Under the pieces are notes generated by a model. It was not told the origin of the DNA. It saw only the letters and a list, made by a program, of their open reading frames with translations, and searched no databases. Source: Nitratidesulfovibrio vulgaris str. Hildenborough (GTDB lineage: Bacteria > Desulfobacterota > Desulfovibrionia > Desulfovibrionales > Desulfovibrionaceae). From it: a stretch of 32,000 nt of DNA. Position numbers and translations under genes: made by a program. Of the stretch, positions 10,217 to 18,973 are shown piece after piece; the first letter of the stretch is position 1; the number at the start of each line of letters is the position of its first letter. The stretch lies in contig NC_002937.3 of the NCBI RefSeq assembly GCF_000195755.1, forward strand, positions 360,001 to 392,000, in the 5' to 3' direction.

Positions 10217-11563
10217 CTAGCGTGCGCCCTTGGGGAAGAGGATGACCCCCACGGTCTTGAGGACGATCTGGATGTCGAGCAGGGGCGACATGTTCTTGAT
10301 GTAGTAGAGGTCGTATTCGAGTTTGTAACGGGCGTCCTCCACCGAGGCCCCGTAGGGGTAGCACACCTGCGCCCATCCGGTGATGCCGGGCTTCACCGAG
10401 TGGCGCACGTAGAAGTAGGGGATGACCTTCTCAAGCTGCCGGACGAACTCCATCCGTTCAGGGCGCGGGCCTATCATGCTCATGTCGCCGCGCAGCACGT
10501 TCCACAACTGGGGCAGTTCGTCGATGCGCACCTTGCGGATGAAGCGACCCACGCGGGTGACACGGCTGTCGCCCTTGGTGGCCCATACGGCACCGTCCTT
10601 CTCGGCGTCGGTGCGCATGGAGCGGAACTTGAGCACCATGAACTCCTGCTCGTTGATGCCCACGCGCTTCTGGCGATAGATGACCGGGCCGGGCGACTCC
10701 ATGCGGATGGCGATGGCGGCGACCAGCATGATGGGCGCGGTGGTGATGAGCAAAGAGAGGGAGACGATGACGTCGAACGCGCGTTTGAGACGACGGACGG
10801 AACCCTGCGTATTGAGGTTGAAGCCGTCTTCGGTGAGCAGCCATTCGTCGCGTATCTGGTCGACGGGGATGCGCTTGGCGACGTGTTCGTACAGGGTGCG
10901 GATGTCGACGACCATGAGGCCGCGCAGCTTGGCGTCGAGAAGGTCGCGGGCGATGTCTTCGTCCACGGGTGCGTCGGGCAGCATCACCAGCATGGTGGCA
11001 CCGTAGCGCCGGGCGATTTCGACGGGTTCATAGGGTGCACCAAGGCAGGGGCCCGCATCGGGGTCCACGTCGCCCTCGCCCACATAGCCCAGAATCTCGG
11101 CTTCGGGCATCCCTTCGTTGAGCAGTTTGCGGACACGACCCGCCCTGTCGACACCCACCAGCACCACGCGGGGCCGGGTGGTGAAGCGCTGGCCGAAGCG
11201 GTGGTAGACCATGCGCCACAGCAGCGTCATGCCCACCACGAGCAGGAGCAGCACCACGAAGGTGGTGCGCTCGAAACGCCAGTGTTCGAACGAATAGAAG
11301 GTGAAGCCGGTGAAGATGATGCCGAGCACCGAGGCCACGCTCACGCGGGCGATGCTGTCGCGCACGTCCTCGTGCCCGACGTTGTAGCAGTCGAGCACGT
11401 AGAAGAAGAGCAGGAAGAAGAAGGTGGTGAAGGTGGATGCGCCCGTGTAGTCGACGAGGACGTTGTATTCGGCAGGGAGCATGATCTCGCCCGACACATA
11501 GAGGGCGACGAGGATGCACAGTGCGTCGAGGGCCTGAAAGTAGGCGTTGCGGATGCCGTTCAC
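10217..11563 (-). CDS. Polyprenyl-phosphate glycosyl-1-phosphate transferase (WbaP/EpsB-like initiating sugar transferase), 448 aa
   Basis: The C-terminal bacterial sugar transferase domain has KRAFDVIVSL, PVIYRQKRVG, KFRSM, DELPQLWNVLRGDMSMIGPRPE and KPGITGWAQV. There are N-terminal TM helices and a central Rossmann-like region. I chose the GTG at 11563, which has GGAGG 9 nt upstream and overlaps the upstream stop (GTGA). Confidence 0.85.
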   Translation of the reverse strand: MNGIRNAYFQALDALCILVALYVSGEIMLPAEYNVLVDYTGASTFTTFFFLLFFYVLDCYNVGHEDVRDSIARVSVASVLGIIFTGFTFYSFEHWRFERTTFVVLLLLVVGMTLLWRMVYHRFGQRFTTRPRVVLVGVDRAGRVRKLLNEGMPEAEILGYVGEGDVDPDAGPCLGAPYEPVEIARRYGATMLVMLPDAPVDEDIARDLLDAKLRGLMVVDIRTLYEHVAKRIPVDQIRDEWLLTEDGFNLNTQGSVRRLKRAFDVIVSLSLLITTAPIMLVAAIAIRMESPGPVIYRQKRVGINEQEFMVLKFRSMRTDAEKDGAVWATKGDSRVTRVGRFIRKVRIDELPQLWNVLRGDMSMIGPRPERMEFVRQLEKVIPYFYVRHSVKPGITGWAQVCYPYGASVEDARYKLEYDLYYIKNMSPLLDIQIVLKTVGVILFPKGAR

Positions 11564-12705
11564 TGGGGATTGCCTCCGGCGCGGGGGGCGGCGTCGAGCC
11601 GCATGACCCGCATGATGTGTGCGGCGACCTTCTCCGCGTCGAACTCCCGTTCGGCGAGGTCGCGTCCTGCCCGGCCCATGCGCTGCACGAGGGACGGGTC
11701 TTCGATGAAACGTTCCATGGCTGCGGCGAGGGCTTCGGGTGAGCGCAAGGGCACCATGAAGCCGTTGACGCCGTCTTCGACCACCTCGCGGCAGCCGGGT
11801 GCGTCGGTGACGATGGCGGCGCGGGCCATGCTCATGCCCTCCATGACGGAACACGGCGTGCCCTCGCGCCACGATGGGAGCACGACGACGCTCGCCTCGC
11901 GCAGGAAGGGCCGAACGTCGCGCGTCTGGCCCATGTATTCGATGACACCTTCGCGGTGCCACTGGTTGATGGTCTCCATGGGTACGCTGCCAAGCCCCTG
12001 CTCGGGCGGGCCCAGCACCCTGAAGCGGGCTTCGGGGTGGCGCGCCTTGAGCATGCGTGCGGCTTCGGCATACTCATAGAGGCCCTTGGCCTCAATGAGT
12101 CTGCCTACCAGCAGGAAGGTGACGGGGGCGGTGACGGTCTCGGCAGGGGCGAAATGGTCGAGGGCCACCCCCGTGCCGCGGCTCATGGCCACTTCGGTTC
12201 CCGCCGGGACGATGCCCTTTGCGGTGAACACGGCCCTGTCCTCCTCGTTCTGGAAGAAGACGGTGTGCACACAGGCGAGGGCTGCGCGGTACATGAGCAC
12301 CGCGACCCTGTTCAGCAGGCGTTTGACGGGGGTGTCGGCCTCGAACATGTAGCCGAGCCCCGTGATCATGGCGACGCGCCCCGGAACGCGGGCCAGCGCG
12401 GCGGCGGTGGCACCGTAGATGACGGGCTTGATGGTGAAGCAGAAAAGCCTGTCGGGGCGTTCCTGCCTGAAGATGCGATAGAGTGCCGCGAAGGTGGCGA
12501 CGTCACGCACGGGGTTGAGACCCTTGCGGTCGAGCGGGTAGTGGCGCACGCGCACACCCATGGAGGTCAGGGCTGCGTCACCCTCGGCGTCACCGGGAGG
12601 GATGATGCACACCACGGTGTGCCCATCGGCCTGAAGGCGCGCGATGAACACGCTCCAGAAATTGACCATGGCCCGGGCCTGATTGCCCAGAATGGCGACG
12701 TTCAT
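11560..12705 (-). CDS. Family-1 (GT4-like, GT-B) glycosyltransferase, 381 aa
   Basis: It begins MNVAILGNQARAMVNFW and has a C-terminal EGTPCSVMEGMSMARAAIVTDAPGCREVVEDGVNG (EX7E-type retaining GT-B motif). I used the internal ATG of ORF 11560..12948 because the upstream extension is not protein-like. Confidence 0.8.
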   Translation of the reverse strand: MNVAILGNQARAMVNFWSVFIARLQADGHTVVCIIPPGDAEGDAALTSMGVRVRHYPLDRKGLNPVRDVATFAALYRIFRQERPDRLFCFTIKPVIYGATAAALARVPGRVAMITGLGYMFEADTPVKRLLNRVAVLMYRAALACVHTVFFQNEEDRAVFTAKGIVPAGTEVAMSRGTGVALDHFAPAETVTAPVTFLLVGRLIEAKGLYEYAEAARMLKARHPEARFRVLGPPEQGLGSVPMETINQWHREGVIEYMGQTRDVRPFLREASVVVLPSWREGTPCSVMEGMSMARAAIVTDAPGCREVVEDGVNGFMVPLRSPEALAAAMERFIEDPSLVQRMGRAGRDLAEREFDAEKVAAHIMRVMRLDAAPRAGGNPQ

Positions 12706-12799
12706 GTCGCGCCGGCCTCGCTTGCTGCGGTGAGAAGACAAGGCGGGAGGGCGCGGTACGCCCGCGCCGGATGATGCTCCCCCCTCATCCGAGTTGCGC

Positions 12800-12828
12800 A
12801 GTATAGCAGGTGCGGAGATGCCTGAAAA
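12800..12828 (-). promoter_or_regulatory. Candidate sigma-70 promoter for the GT4 / sugar-transferase operon
   Basis: The minus strand reads TTTTCA-17 nt-TATACT. It lies about 95 nt upstream of the ATG at 12705. Confidence 0.35.
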
Positions 12829-12995
12829 GAGGGAGAAAACCGGGTGCCCCGGCCTCCGGTATGGCTGTGGTGACGGGGGCTGCGTCCGGGGCTTCGTGTG
12901 GCAGTCCCGACTCATTGCGGTGGGTTCATTGCAGGGGACACATCGCAACGGGCATCAGCCCCGGCAGGCGTGGCCAGCCGCATCGCCCTGCTGCT

Positions 12996-14237
12996 TCAGG
13001 CTGGCTGGACTGCCTGAAGCCTGTCCCGTGCAACCTGCAGCCACGCGGGTAATGCGTCAAGAACGCCAAGGGTTTCAAGGTGTCTCATGTCGCATCCCGG
13101 CAGGGTGAGGTTGCCGCCTGCCGCAAGCAGGGCATCGATGGCGTCGGGGGTCTGCAACAGGTGGTCGATGGCGTTGGCCACGTGTACCACCGTCACCGTG
13201 CCCAATACCGTCTCTGAGTCCGCAGGATTGTGATGTCGCGCGATGGCCGTGACCACGGGGATGGGTAGCCCCCACGTGCCAAGCAGATACGACCCCACAT
13301 CGGCATGGGTGGCCTTGTGGTGCCTGCGTTCGATGTCGATGAACGAACCTTCTCCAGCCGCCATGCGTTCGAAGACGGCATTGACCCTGTCGGGGGCGAT
13401 GGCGGCAAGGGCAAGCTTGCCCACGTCGTGCAGCAGGCCGGCTGAAAGGGCGTTGTCGCGCTCCTCGTGGGACAGTCCCGCCTGCGTGGCGATGCCCTGT
13501 GCTAGCCCGGAGGTGCGGACACCGTGCTCCCACAGCCCGGTCAACTGCCGGACGGCGACGGGCGCACCCCCCAGGGAATCGAAGAGGTGTGCGGCCAGCA
13601 CGAGTGAGCGCAGGGCCCGTACGCCCAGCAGCACGACGGCCTGTTCCGGCATGGAGATGCGTCTGGCGAAACCGTAGAAGGCCGAATTGACGAGGCGCAG
13701 CAGGTTCGCCGAGAGGGCCATGTCCCTCTGGATGAGTGTGCCAAGCCTGCGTAGCGACGGGTTGGGGGCGTTCAGTTCGGCGAGCACTTCGCGCAAGGTC
13801 TCGGGAAGGGAGGGCAACGCGTCGAGGCGCGACAGCCTGCCGTAAAGGTCGTCATCGGCGATGAGTGGGCGTAGGCGCAGCGCGTCTTCCAGTGCGGGGA
13901 CGAGACGGGCGGCATCGCACGGTTTGCTGATGGACTGGTGCGCAAGAGAGGACGTATGCAGATGCGAGGTCTCTTCGGTATAGCCCGAGAGCACCAGCCG
14001 TAACGTGGTGGGGCGCGCGGTGCGGATGTGCCGCAACAGGGTGGCGCCGTCCATGCCCGGCATGCGGATGTCTGCCACCACCACGTCGACTTCCGTCTGG
14101 TCGACGATGCGCAGGGCATCTGCGGCGTCGTGGGCAAAGAGCATGTTCCATCGGTTCTGTTGCGGGGCAAGCATGCGCCGCAGGCCGTTGAGCACGTTAT
14201 GGTCGTCGTCGACGAACAGGATGACGGGCAGCATCAT
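12996..14237 (-). CDS. Response regulator with receiver (REC) and HDOD output domains, 413 aa
   Basis: The REC domain has ILFVDDD, VDVVVADIRMPGMDG and a conserved K in SISKP. The HDOD-like domain has LPSLPETLREVLAELNAPNPSLRRLGTLIQRDMALSANLLRLVNSAFYG, LGVRALRSLV and LLHDVGKL. Its start overlaps the kinase stop (ATGA). Confidence 0.85.
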   Translation of the reverse strand: MMLPVILFVDDDHNVLNGLRRMLAPQQNRWNMLFAHDAADALRIVDQTEVDVVVADIRMPGMDGATLLRHIRTARPTTLRLVLSGYTEETSHLHTSSLAHQSISKPCDAARLVPALEDALRLRPLIADDDLYGRLSRLDALPSLPETLREVLAELNAPNPSLRRLGTLIQRDMALSANLLRLVNSAFYGFARRISMPEQAVVLLGVRALRSLVLAAHLFDSLGGAPVAVRQLTGLWEHGVRTSGLAQGIATQAGLSHEERDNALSAGLLHDVGKLALAAIAPDRVNAVFERMAAGEGSFIDIERRHHKATHADVGSYLLGTWGLPIPVVTAIARHHNPADSETVLGTVTVVHVANAIDHLLQTPDAIDALLAAGGNLTLPGCDMRHLETLGVLDALPAWLQVARDRLQAVQPA

Positions 14238-17155
14238 GCCTCCTGCGAGGGCGAAGTGAAGGGCAGACGGATGAAGAACGTGGAACCGAGGCCCGGTTCG
14301 CTTCGGAAGAACAGTTGGCCCCCCAGTCTGCCGACGATGCAGGCGTGGGCGATGGCCAGCCCCTGTCCCGTACCCCGTTCCATGGGCTTGGTCGTGAAGA
14401 AGGGGTCGAAGACGTGTGCTGCGTGTTCGGGTTTGATGCCCGCGCCGTTGTCGCTGACGCTGACCTCGGCCCAGCCCGCCTTGAGTCGGGATGTGATGAC
14501 GATGCTCCCCTCATGCGCCGGGTCTTCGGCCTTGCGGTCCTCGATGGCATGTACGGCGTTGATGAGCAGGTTGAGCACCGTCTGGTTGAACTCGGACGGC
14601 ACACAGGGGACGGGAGGCAGCCCGGGGGCGAGGTCGAGTCGAAGCGAGGCCACGCGGCGCCATGAACTTCGGGCGACGTTGACGGTGCTTTCGATGTTGA
14701 AGTTGATGTTGACGGGGACCACGGTGCCATTGCCGGGGTGGGCGAATTGCCGGACGGAACGCACGATGGCGGCGATATGCTCGACCCCCTCAAGACATTC
14801 GCGCAGTGCCCGCGGGGCTTCGTCGCGCAGGTAGGCGGTGTCCAGGTGCTGCATGGCGTCGAGCGCCGCGTCGATGGAGGGCACGTCGCTGCTACCGTCT
14901 CGCGCTGTGCGGAGGGCCGTGTCGCAGGTCGTATAGGCCTTCATGATTTCGTCGAACGCATGTTGCAGGAACGTCAGATTGCTGCCGAGGTACTGGACGG
15001 GGGAGTTGATCTCATGGGCGATGCCCGTGGCGAGACTGCCCACGGCCTCCAGCTTCTGGGTCTGCGCCAGCTGGCTTTCGAGGATGCGGCGTTGCGTGAT
15101 GTTGGTGATCATGGCCGTGAGCCCGATGAAATGCCCGTGGCTGTCTCGCAGGATGGAGGGAGAGACAAGGGAGAACGCCCGTCCGCCCTTGGAAGTGAGC
15201 CATGTTATCTCTTGCAGTGAGGGAGGGGCTTCTTCGGGGAAGAGAAGGTTCTGAAACGCCTGACGACTTTCGGGGGCCACAAGGTCGAGTGCCTCGCGTC
15301 CGGCCAGTGCATCGGCATCATGCTCCACCATGGCGCAGAACGGGCCGTTGATGTAGGTCATGCGGCCTGCGGCGTCGGTGAAGAGCAGCCCTTCCTGCAT
15401 GGTGTCCAGCAGCATCCTGTAACGAACCTCGCTGCGGGCGAGGTCGGCCTCTGCACGGCGCAACGCGGTGACGTCGCTACGCATGAGCACCGCACCGGTC
15501 AGGGGTGGCATCAGGGGTGCCAGCTGCAACATGAAGTGACGCCGTCCGTCGGCCATGACCTCGTATTCGAGCGACCCACCCTCGCGTCGTCCTGCCAGAA
15601 TCTCGCGCAGCAGCGTCGCCGCATCGCCCGCCGAGGGGATGTCCGGCGTCTTGGCGTCAAGGGCGGAGAGATAGTCGGCCCCCGGCAGGCAGCGCATGGG
15701 TTCGGGCAGGGACATGTCCGCCGCGGCATGAAGCCACGAGGCGTTCACGTGGGTGATGCGTCCGGTTCCGTCCACCACGGCGACCTGCGCCGGGAGCGTG
15801 TCGAGAATGGCCGCGATGTGGGCATGTGCCCGCTGGTGCTGGAGCAGGGTCGCCGTGCGGTCGAGGGCCGCGCCGAGCATTCCGCCCACGGTTTCCGCGA
15901 GGGCGATGTCCTCGGCACTCCATTTGCGGTTGCCGATGTCGTCCATGGCGAGGCAGCCGGCGAGTTCGGCCCGACGGCGCAAGGGCACGGCGAGGGTGGA
16001 GACGAGGCCCATCTCCCTGTGCCTGTCCCGTTCGTGCTCATGGCCCTTGCCGAGGGAACCTGCGTCTTCGATGGCGACCGTTTCGAAGTCGGTCAGACGC
16101 CACAGGCTCCACGGCAGCATGTTGAGCGGGGTGGCATCGAGTGTGCCCTTCCGCGACGTCGCCCCGGCAGCACGCCATTCGTGGCGCAAGGACACTGTCG
16201 TCTCGCCGGGGGGCATTTCGATGAACCATACGTGCCTGACGCCGAGAAAGTTGCCCAGCCGTTCCGTCACCGCTGTCAGTGCCGCCTGCGTCGCCTCCGG
16301 TGTGGAGCCTGCAAGCAGCGTGGCGATGTCACCCACAAGGTGCTCGCGCTCCATCCGTCGCTCGAGGGCTTCACGCGCCGAATGCCGTTCGCTGATGTCG
16401 CGGGCGTTGCTGAGCACGACCTGCCTGCCCTGAAGCAGAAGCAGCCTGTCGGTCATCTCCACCGGCACCGGTCTGCCGTCCATCCGGCGTAGATGCGACT
16501 CGGCGAACGTCATTCCCCGGAGACGGATGCGGTTGATGTGCGCTGCAAGTTCTGCGGCGTCGTCGGGGGGGAGCAGGTCTCCGAACCACCTGCCGCGCAG
16601 TCGCTCATGGTCGGCACCGAGCAGGCGCAGAGCCGCGGCGTTGATGTCGAGGATGATGCCTTCAAGGTCGTACAGTACAAGGGCTTCGGTGACGTAGTCG
16701 AAGATGGAGCGGTACTGTTCGGCGCGTTCGCGGGTGGCGGCGACCGTTACGATCTGTTGCAGGCATGAGCTTATGATCTGCCCGCAATCCTCAAGGAGCG
16801 CATAGGCCCGTGGCGGTAGCGGCGCGGCGGGCGTGCGCCACAGTTCGATGGATCCGGTCTCGCGCGAGGCCACGTCGAACGGGTGGATGATGTGCGGAGG
16901 AAACGCCGGGAGGCCCGGCGGGTCGTAGGCCGTGCCCAGCCACACGATGCGCGCGGCATAGCACCCCTCGCCGAGGGCCGGGGGCAGTAGCCATGCCACC
17001 GTGCGCATCTTGTCGGCGATCTGTTCGGCGTTGTCGGCATCACGCAACGAAACCAGCGACAGAAGCATCTCGTTGAGGCAGGCCGGACCTGAGAGGCCGC
17101 GTGAGGCAGCCTTGCCGGACTGCTGTCCGATGTGCGTGGCGGTAACGGTGGTCAT
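14234..17155 (-). CDS. Soluble multi-PAS/GAF sensor histidine kinase (about 973 aa; start uncertain, ORF open to 17296)
   Basis: The C-terminus has the H-box LATGIAHEINSP and HATPase_c N/G boxes (LLINAVHA, DNGAGI, GTGQGLAI). Several PAS-like segments (IFDYVTEALVLYD, ILDTLPAQVAVVDGTGRITHVN, LLDTMQEGLLFTDAAGRMTYIN) and GAF-like stretches are present. No TM helices are evident. No clear SD precedes the ATG at 17155, and the alternative ATG at 17257 has a distant GGAGGAG. Confidence 0.8.
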   Translation of the reverse strand: MTTVTATHIGQQSGKAASRGLSGPACLNEMLLSLVSLRDADNAEQIADKMRTVAWLLPPALGEGCYAARIVWLGTAYDPPGLPAFPPHIIHPFDVASRETGSIELWRTPAAPLPPRAYALLEDCGQIISSCLQQIVTVAATRERAEQYRSIFDYVTEALVLYDLEGIILDINAAALRLLGADHERLRGRWFGDLLPPDDAAELAAHINRIRLRGMTFAESHLRRMDGRPVPVEMTDRLLLLQGRQVVLSNARDISERHSAREALERRMEREHLVGDIATLLAGSTPEATQAALTAVTERLGNFLGVRHVWFIEMPPGETTVSLRHEWRAAGATSRKGTLDATPLNMLPWSLWRLTDFETVAIEDAGSLGKGHEHERDRHREMGLVSTLAVPLRRRAELAGCLAMDDIGNRKWSAEDIALAETVGGMLGAALDRTATLLQHQRAHAHIAAILDTLPAQVAVVDGTGRITHVNASWLHAAADMSLPEPMRCLPGADYLSALDAKTPDIPSAGDAATLLREILAGRREGGSLEYEVMADGRRHFMLQLAPLMPPLTGAVLMRSDVTALRRAEADLARSEVRYRMLLDTMQEGLLFTDAAGRMTYINGPFCAMVEHDADALAGREALDLVAPESRQAFQNLLFPEEAPPSLQEITWLTSKGGRAFSLVSPSILRDSHGHFIGLTAMITNITQRRILESQLAQTQKLEAVGSLATGIAHEINSPVQYLGSNLTFLQHAFDEIMKAYTTCDTALRTARDGSSDVPSIDAALDAMQHLDTAYLRDEAPRALRECLEGVEHIAAIVRSVRQFAHPGNGTVVPVNINFNIESTVNVARSSWRRVASLRLDLAPGLPPVPCVPSEFNQTVLNLLINAVHAIEDRKAEDPAHEGSIVITSRLKAGWAEVSVSDNGAGIKPEHAAHVFDPFFTTKPMERGTGQGLAIAHACIVGRLGGQLFFRSEPGLGSTFFIRLPFTSPSQEA

Positions 17156-17366
17156 GGTACGAGTATCGCATATCAGCGGGCGTTTGACATGATTTATTCC
17201 ATGATGGCGGCAGGTGGCGAAGGGAGAACTCCGGGCTTGCGGAAACGAAGCCTGCATGGTCCACGCATCTCCTCCACTTCGGGCGGGGGTTGGCACATGC
17301 CGTCACTGTTGCTACACCTGCTCACGTCACGCGCGTGAAGCGCCAACAGCAAACCGGGGTACCGCC

Positions 17367-18023
17367 ATGTCCGTCCATTCCCGGGAAAGCACCGCCGACA
17401 GGCCCTGTGCCGCGACCTACGCCCTGCCTTCCCTTACCTTCGGGTGTGATGCCCGCTGGCCCGTTCCCGGTGAGGATGCCTGCCACGCCCTCTGGGACGC
17501 CTACGCCATGCCGGAGCATATCCGGGCGCACAGTACCCTCGTGGCGGGCATCGCAGGGGCCCTGGCCGACCTCGCGGTGGCGGCGGGCATGGGCGGGGTG
17601 CACCCGGCCACGGTGCGCGCCAGCGGTTTGCTGCACGACATCGCCAAGGACTACACCATCAGGCATGGCGGCAACCATGCGCAACTGGGGGCGGCATGGG
17701 CGTTGGCGGCCACCGGCAACCCCGCCATCGCGCAGGGGGTCATGCACCATGTGCACTGGCCGTGGGGCGAAGACCTCGGCCCGTGGTTCCTGCCGCTGGT
17801 CATCATCTACGCCGACAAACGGGTCAAACACGACCGCATGGTCACGCTCGAGGAACGCTTCGACGACCTCATCGACCGCTACGGCAGGACGGAGAGGATA
17901 CGCGAGCGCATCCGCGAGTCGCACCATCAGGCCACAACCATAGAACGCGCCCTCGTGGCGCGACTGGGGATACGCCTCCATGAAAGTACTCTTGATCGCG
18001 GGCGGCTGGTCGAGCGAGCGTGA
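17367..18023 (+). CDS. HD-domain (HDIG-like) metal-dependent phosphohydrolase, about 218 aa
   Basis: HIRAHSTLVAGIA, GLLHDIAKD (HD dyad), HAQLGA and IIYADKRV match HD superfamily motif spacing. The start is uncertain because the SD is weak. The 3' end overlaps ddl by 44 nt. Confidence 0.7.
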   Translation: MSVHSRESTADRPCAATYALPSLTFGCDARWPVPGEDACHALWDAYAMPEHIRAHSTLVAGIAGALADLAVAAGMGGVHPATVRASGLLHDIAKDYTIRHGGNHAQLGAAWALAATGNPAIAQGVMHHVHWPWGEDLGPWFLPLVIIYADKRVKHDRMVTLEERFDDLIDRYGRTERIRERIRESHHQATTIERALVARLGIRLHESTLDRGRLVERA

Positions 18024-18891
18024 CGTCTCGCTCGCCGGGGCGCGGGGCATCGAAAAGGCCCTGTGTGCGCTGGGCCACGATGTGACGTGGTTCGACCCCG
18101 CAACGTCGTTGGACGGGCTGCTCGAAGCCGCATCGTCGCACGATTTCGCCTTCATCAACCTGCACGGTTCACCCGGTGAGGACGGACTGGTGCAGGCCAT
18201 GCTCGACACCGCAGGCTGCCCCTATCAGGGGTCCGGCCCTGCCGGGTCGTTCCTCGCCCTGAACAAGGCGGTGTCGAAGCAGTTGCTGCGTCGGCACGGC
18301 ATCCTCACGCCCGACTGGGCCTTTCTCGCCGCAAGGCCCGCAGCCGACTGGGAACCGGGGCTCGGGTATCCGCTCTTCGTCAAGCCCAACACCGGCGGGT
18401 CGAGCCTGTGCCTTTCGCGCGTGACGCAGCCCGAGGGGCTGGCCCCGGCACTGGAGGCGGTGTTCGCCCATTGCGGCGAGGCCATCGTCGAACCGGCCAT
18501 TCCCGGCGTGGAGGTGACCTGCGGCGTTCTGGGCGATACGGCCCTGCCGCCCATCCTCATCCGCCCTGCTGAAGGGGCGTTCTTCGACTACACCAGCAAG
18601 TACACCCCCGGCGGTGCCACTGAACTATGCCCTGCGCCGTTGCCCGCAGAGGTGACGGCGCATGTGCAGGACGTGACCCTGCGCGCGCACAGGCTACTGG
18701 GGCTTCGGGGCTACAGCCGCGCCGACTACATCCTGCGTGACGATGGCGCGCTCTTCCTGCTCGAAGTCAACACCCTGCCCGGCATGACACCCACCAGCCT
18801 CGTTCCGCAGGAGGCCGCCGCCATCGGGCTGGACTTTCCCGCGCTCATCGCGCGACTCATCGAACTGGGCATGACAGCCGCCGGAAGGTAG
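17980..18891 (+). CDS. ddl: D-alanine--D-alanine ligase (303 aa)
   Basis: MKVLLIAGGWSSERDVSLAGA, HGSPGEDGLVQAMLD, ATP-grasp motifs and the C-terminal LEVNTLPGMTPTSL are canonical Ddl. Confidence 0.93.
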   Translation: MKVLLIAGGWSSERDVSLAGARGIEKALCALGHDVTWFDPATSLDGLLEAASSHDFAFINLHGSPGEDGLVQAMLDTAGCPYQGSGPAGSFLALNKAVSKQLLRRHGILTPDWAFLAARPAADWEPGLGYPLFVKPNTGGSSLCLSRVTQPEGLAPALEAVFAHCGEAIVEPAIPGVEVTCGVLGDTALPPILIRPAEGAFFDYTSKYTPGGATELCPAPLPAEVTAHVQDVTLRAHRLLGLRGYSRADYILRDDGALFLLEVNTLPGMTPTSLVPQEAAAIGLDFPALIARLIELGMTAAGR

Positions 18892-18908
18892 CGTCTGCCG
18901 CGAAGCAT

Positions 18909-18946
18909 GCACGGGCGCGTCACTCCGCAAGGGGCCGCGCCCGTGC
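18909..18946 (+). terminator. Stem-loop between ddl and waaA (11-bp perfect stem, 16-nt loop)
   Basis: gcacgggcgcg ... cgcgcccgtgc is a perfect inverted repeat with no U-tail. It may be a partial terminator or an RNA-processing structure. Confidence 0.35.
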
Positions 18947-18973
18947 CGTATCAACCCCCACCGTCCCGGAGGA

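Noticed and set aside
10184-12079. 631-aa plus-strand ORF. The same applies to 5075..6370(-), 2596..3735(+), 4012..5262(-), 15320..16492(+), 19102..20118(-) and 29892..30941(+)
   Set aside because: All are antisense or out-of-frame shadows of genes with clear homology-type motifs. None has an SD or recognisable domains.
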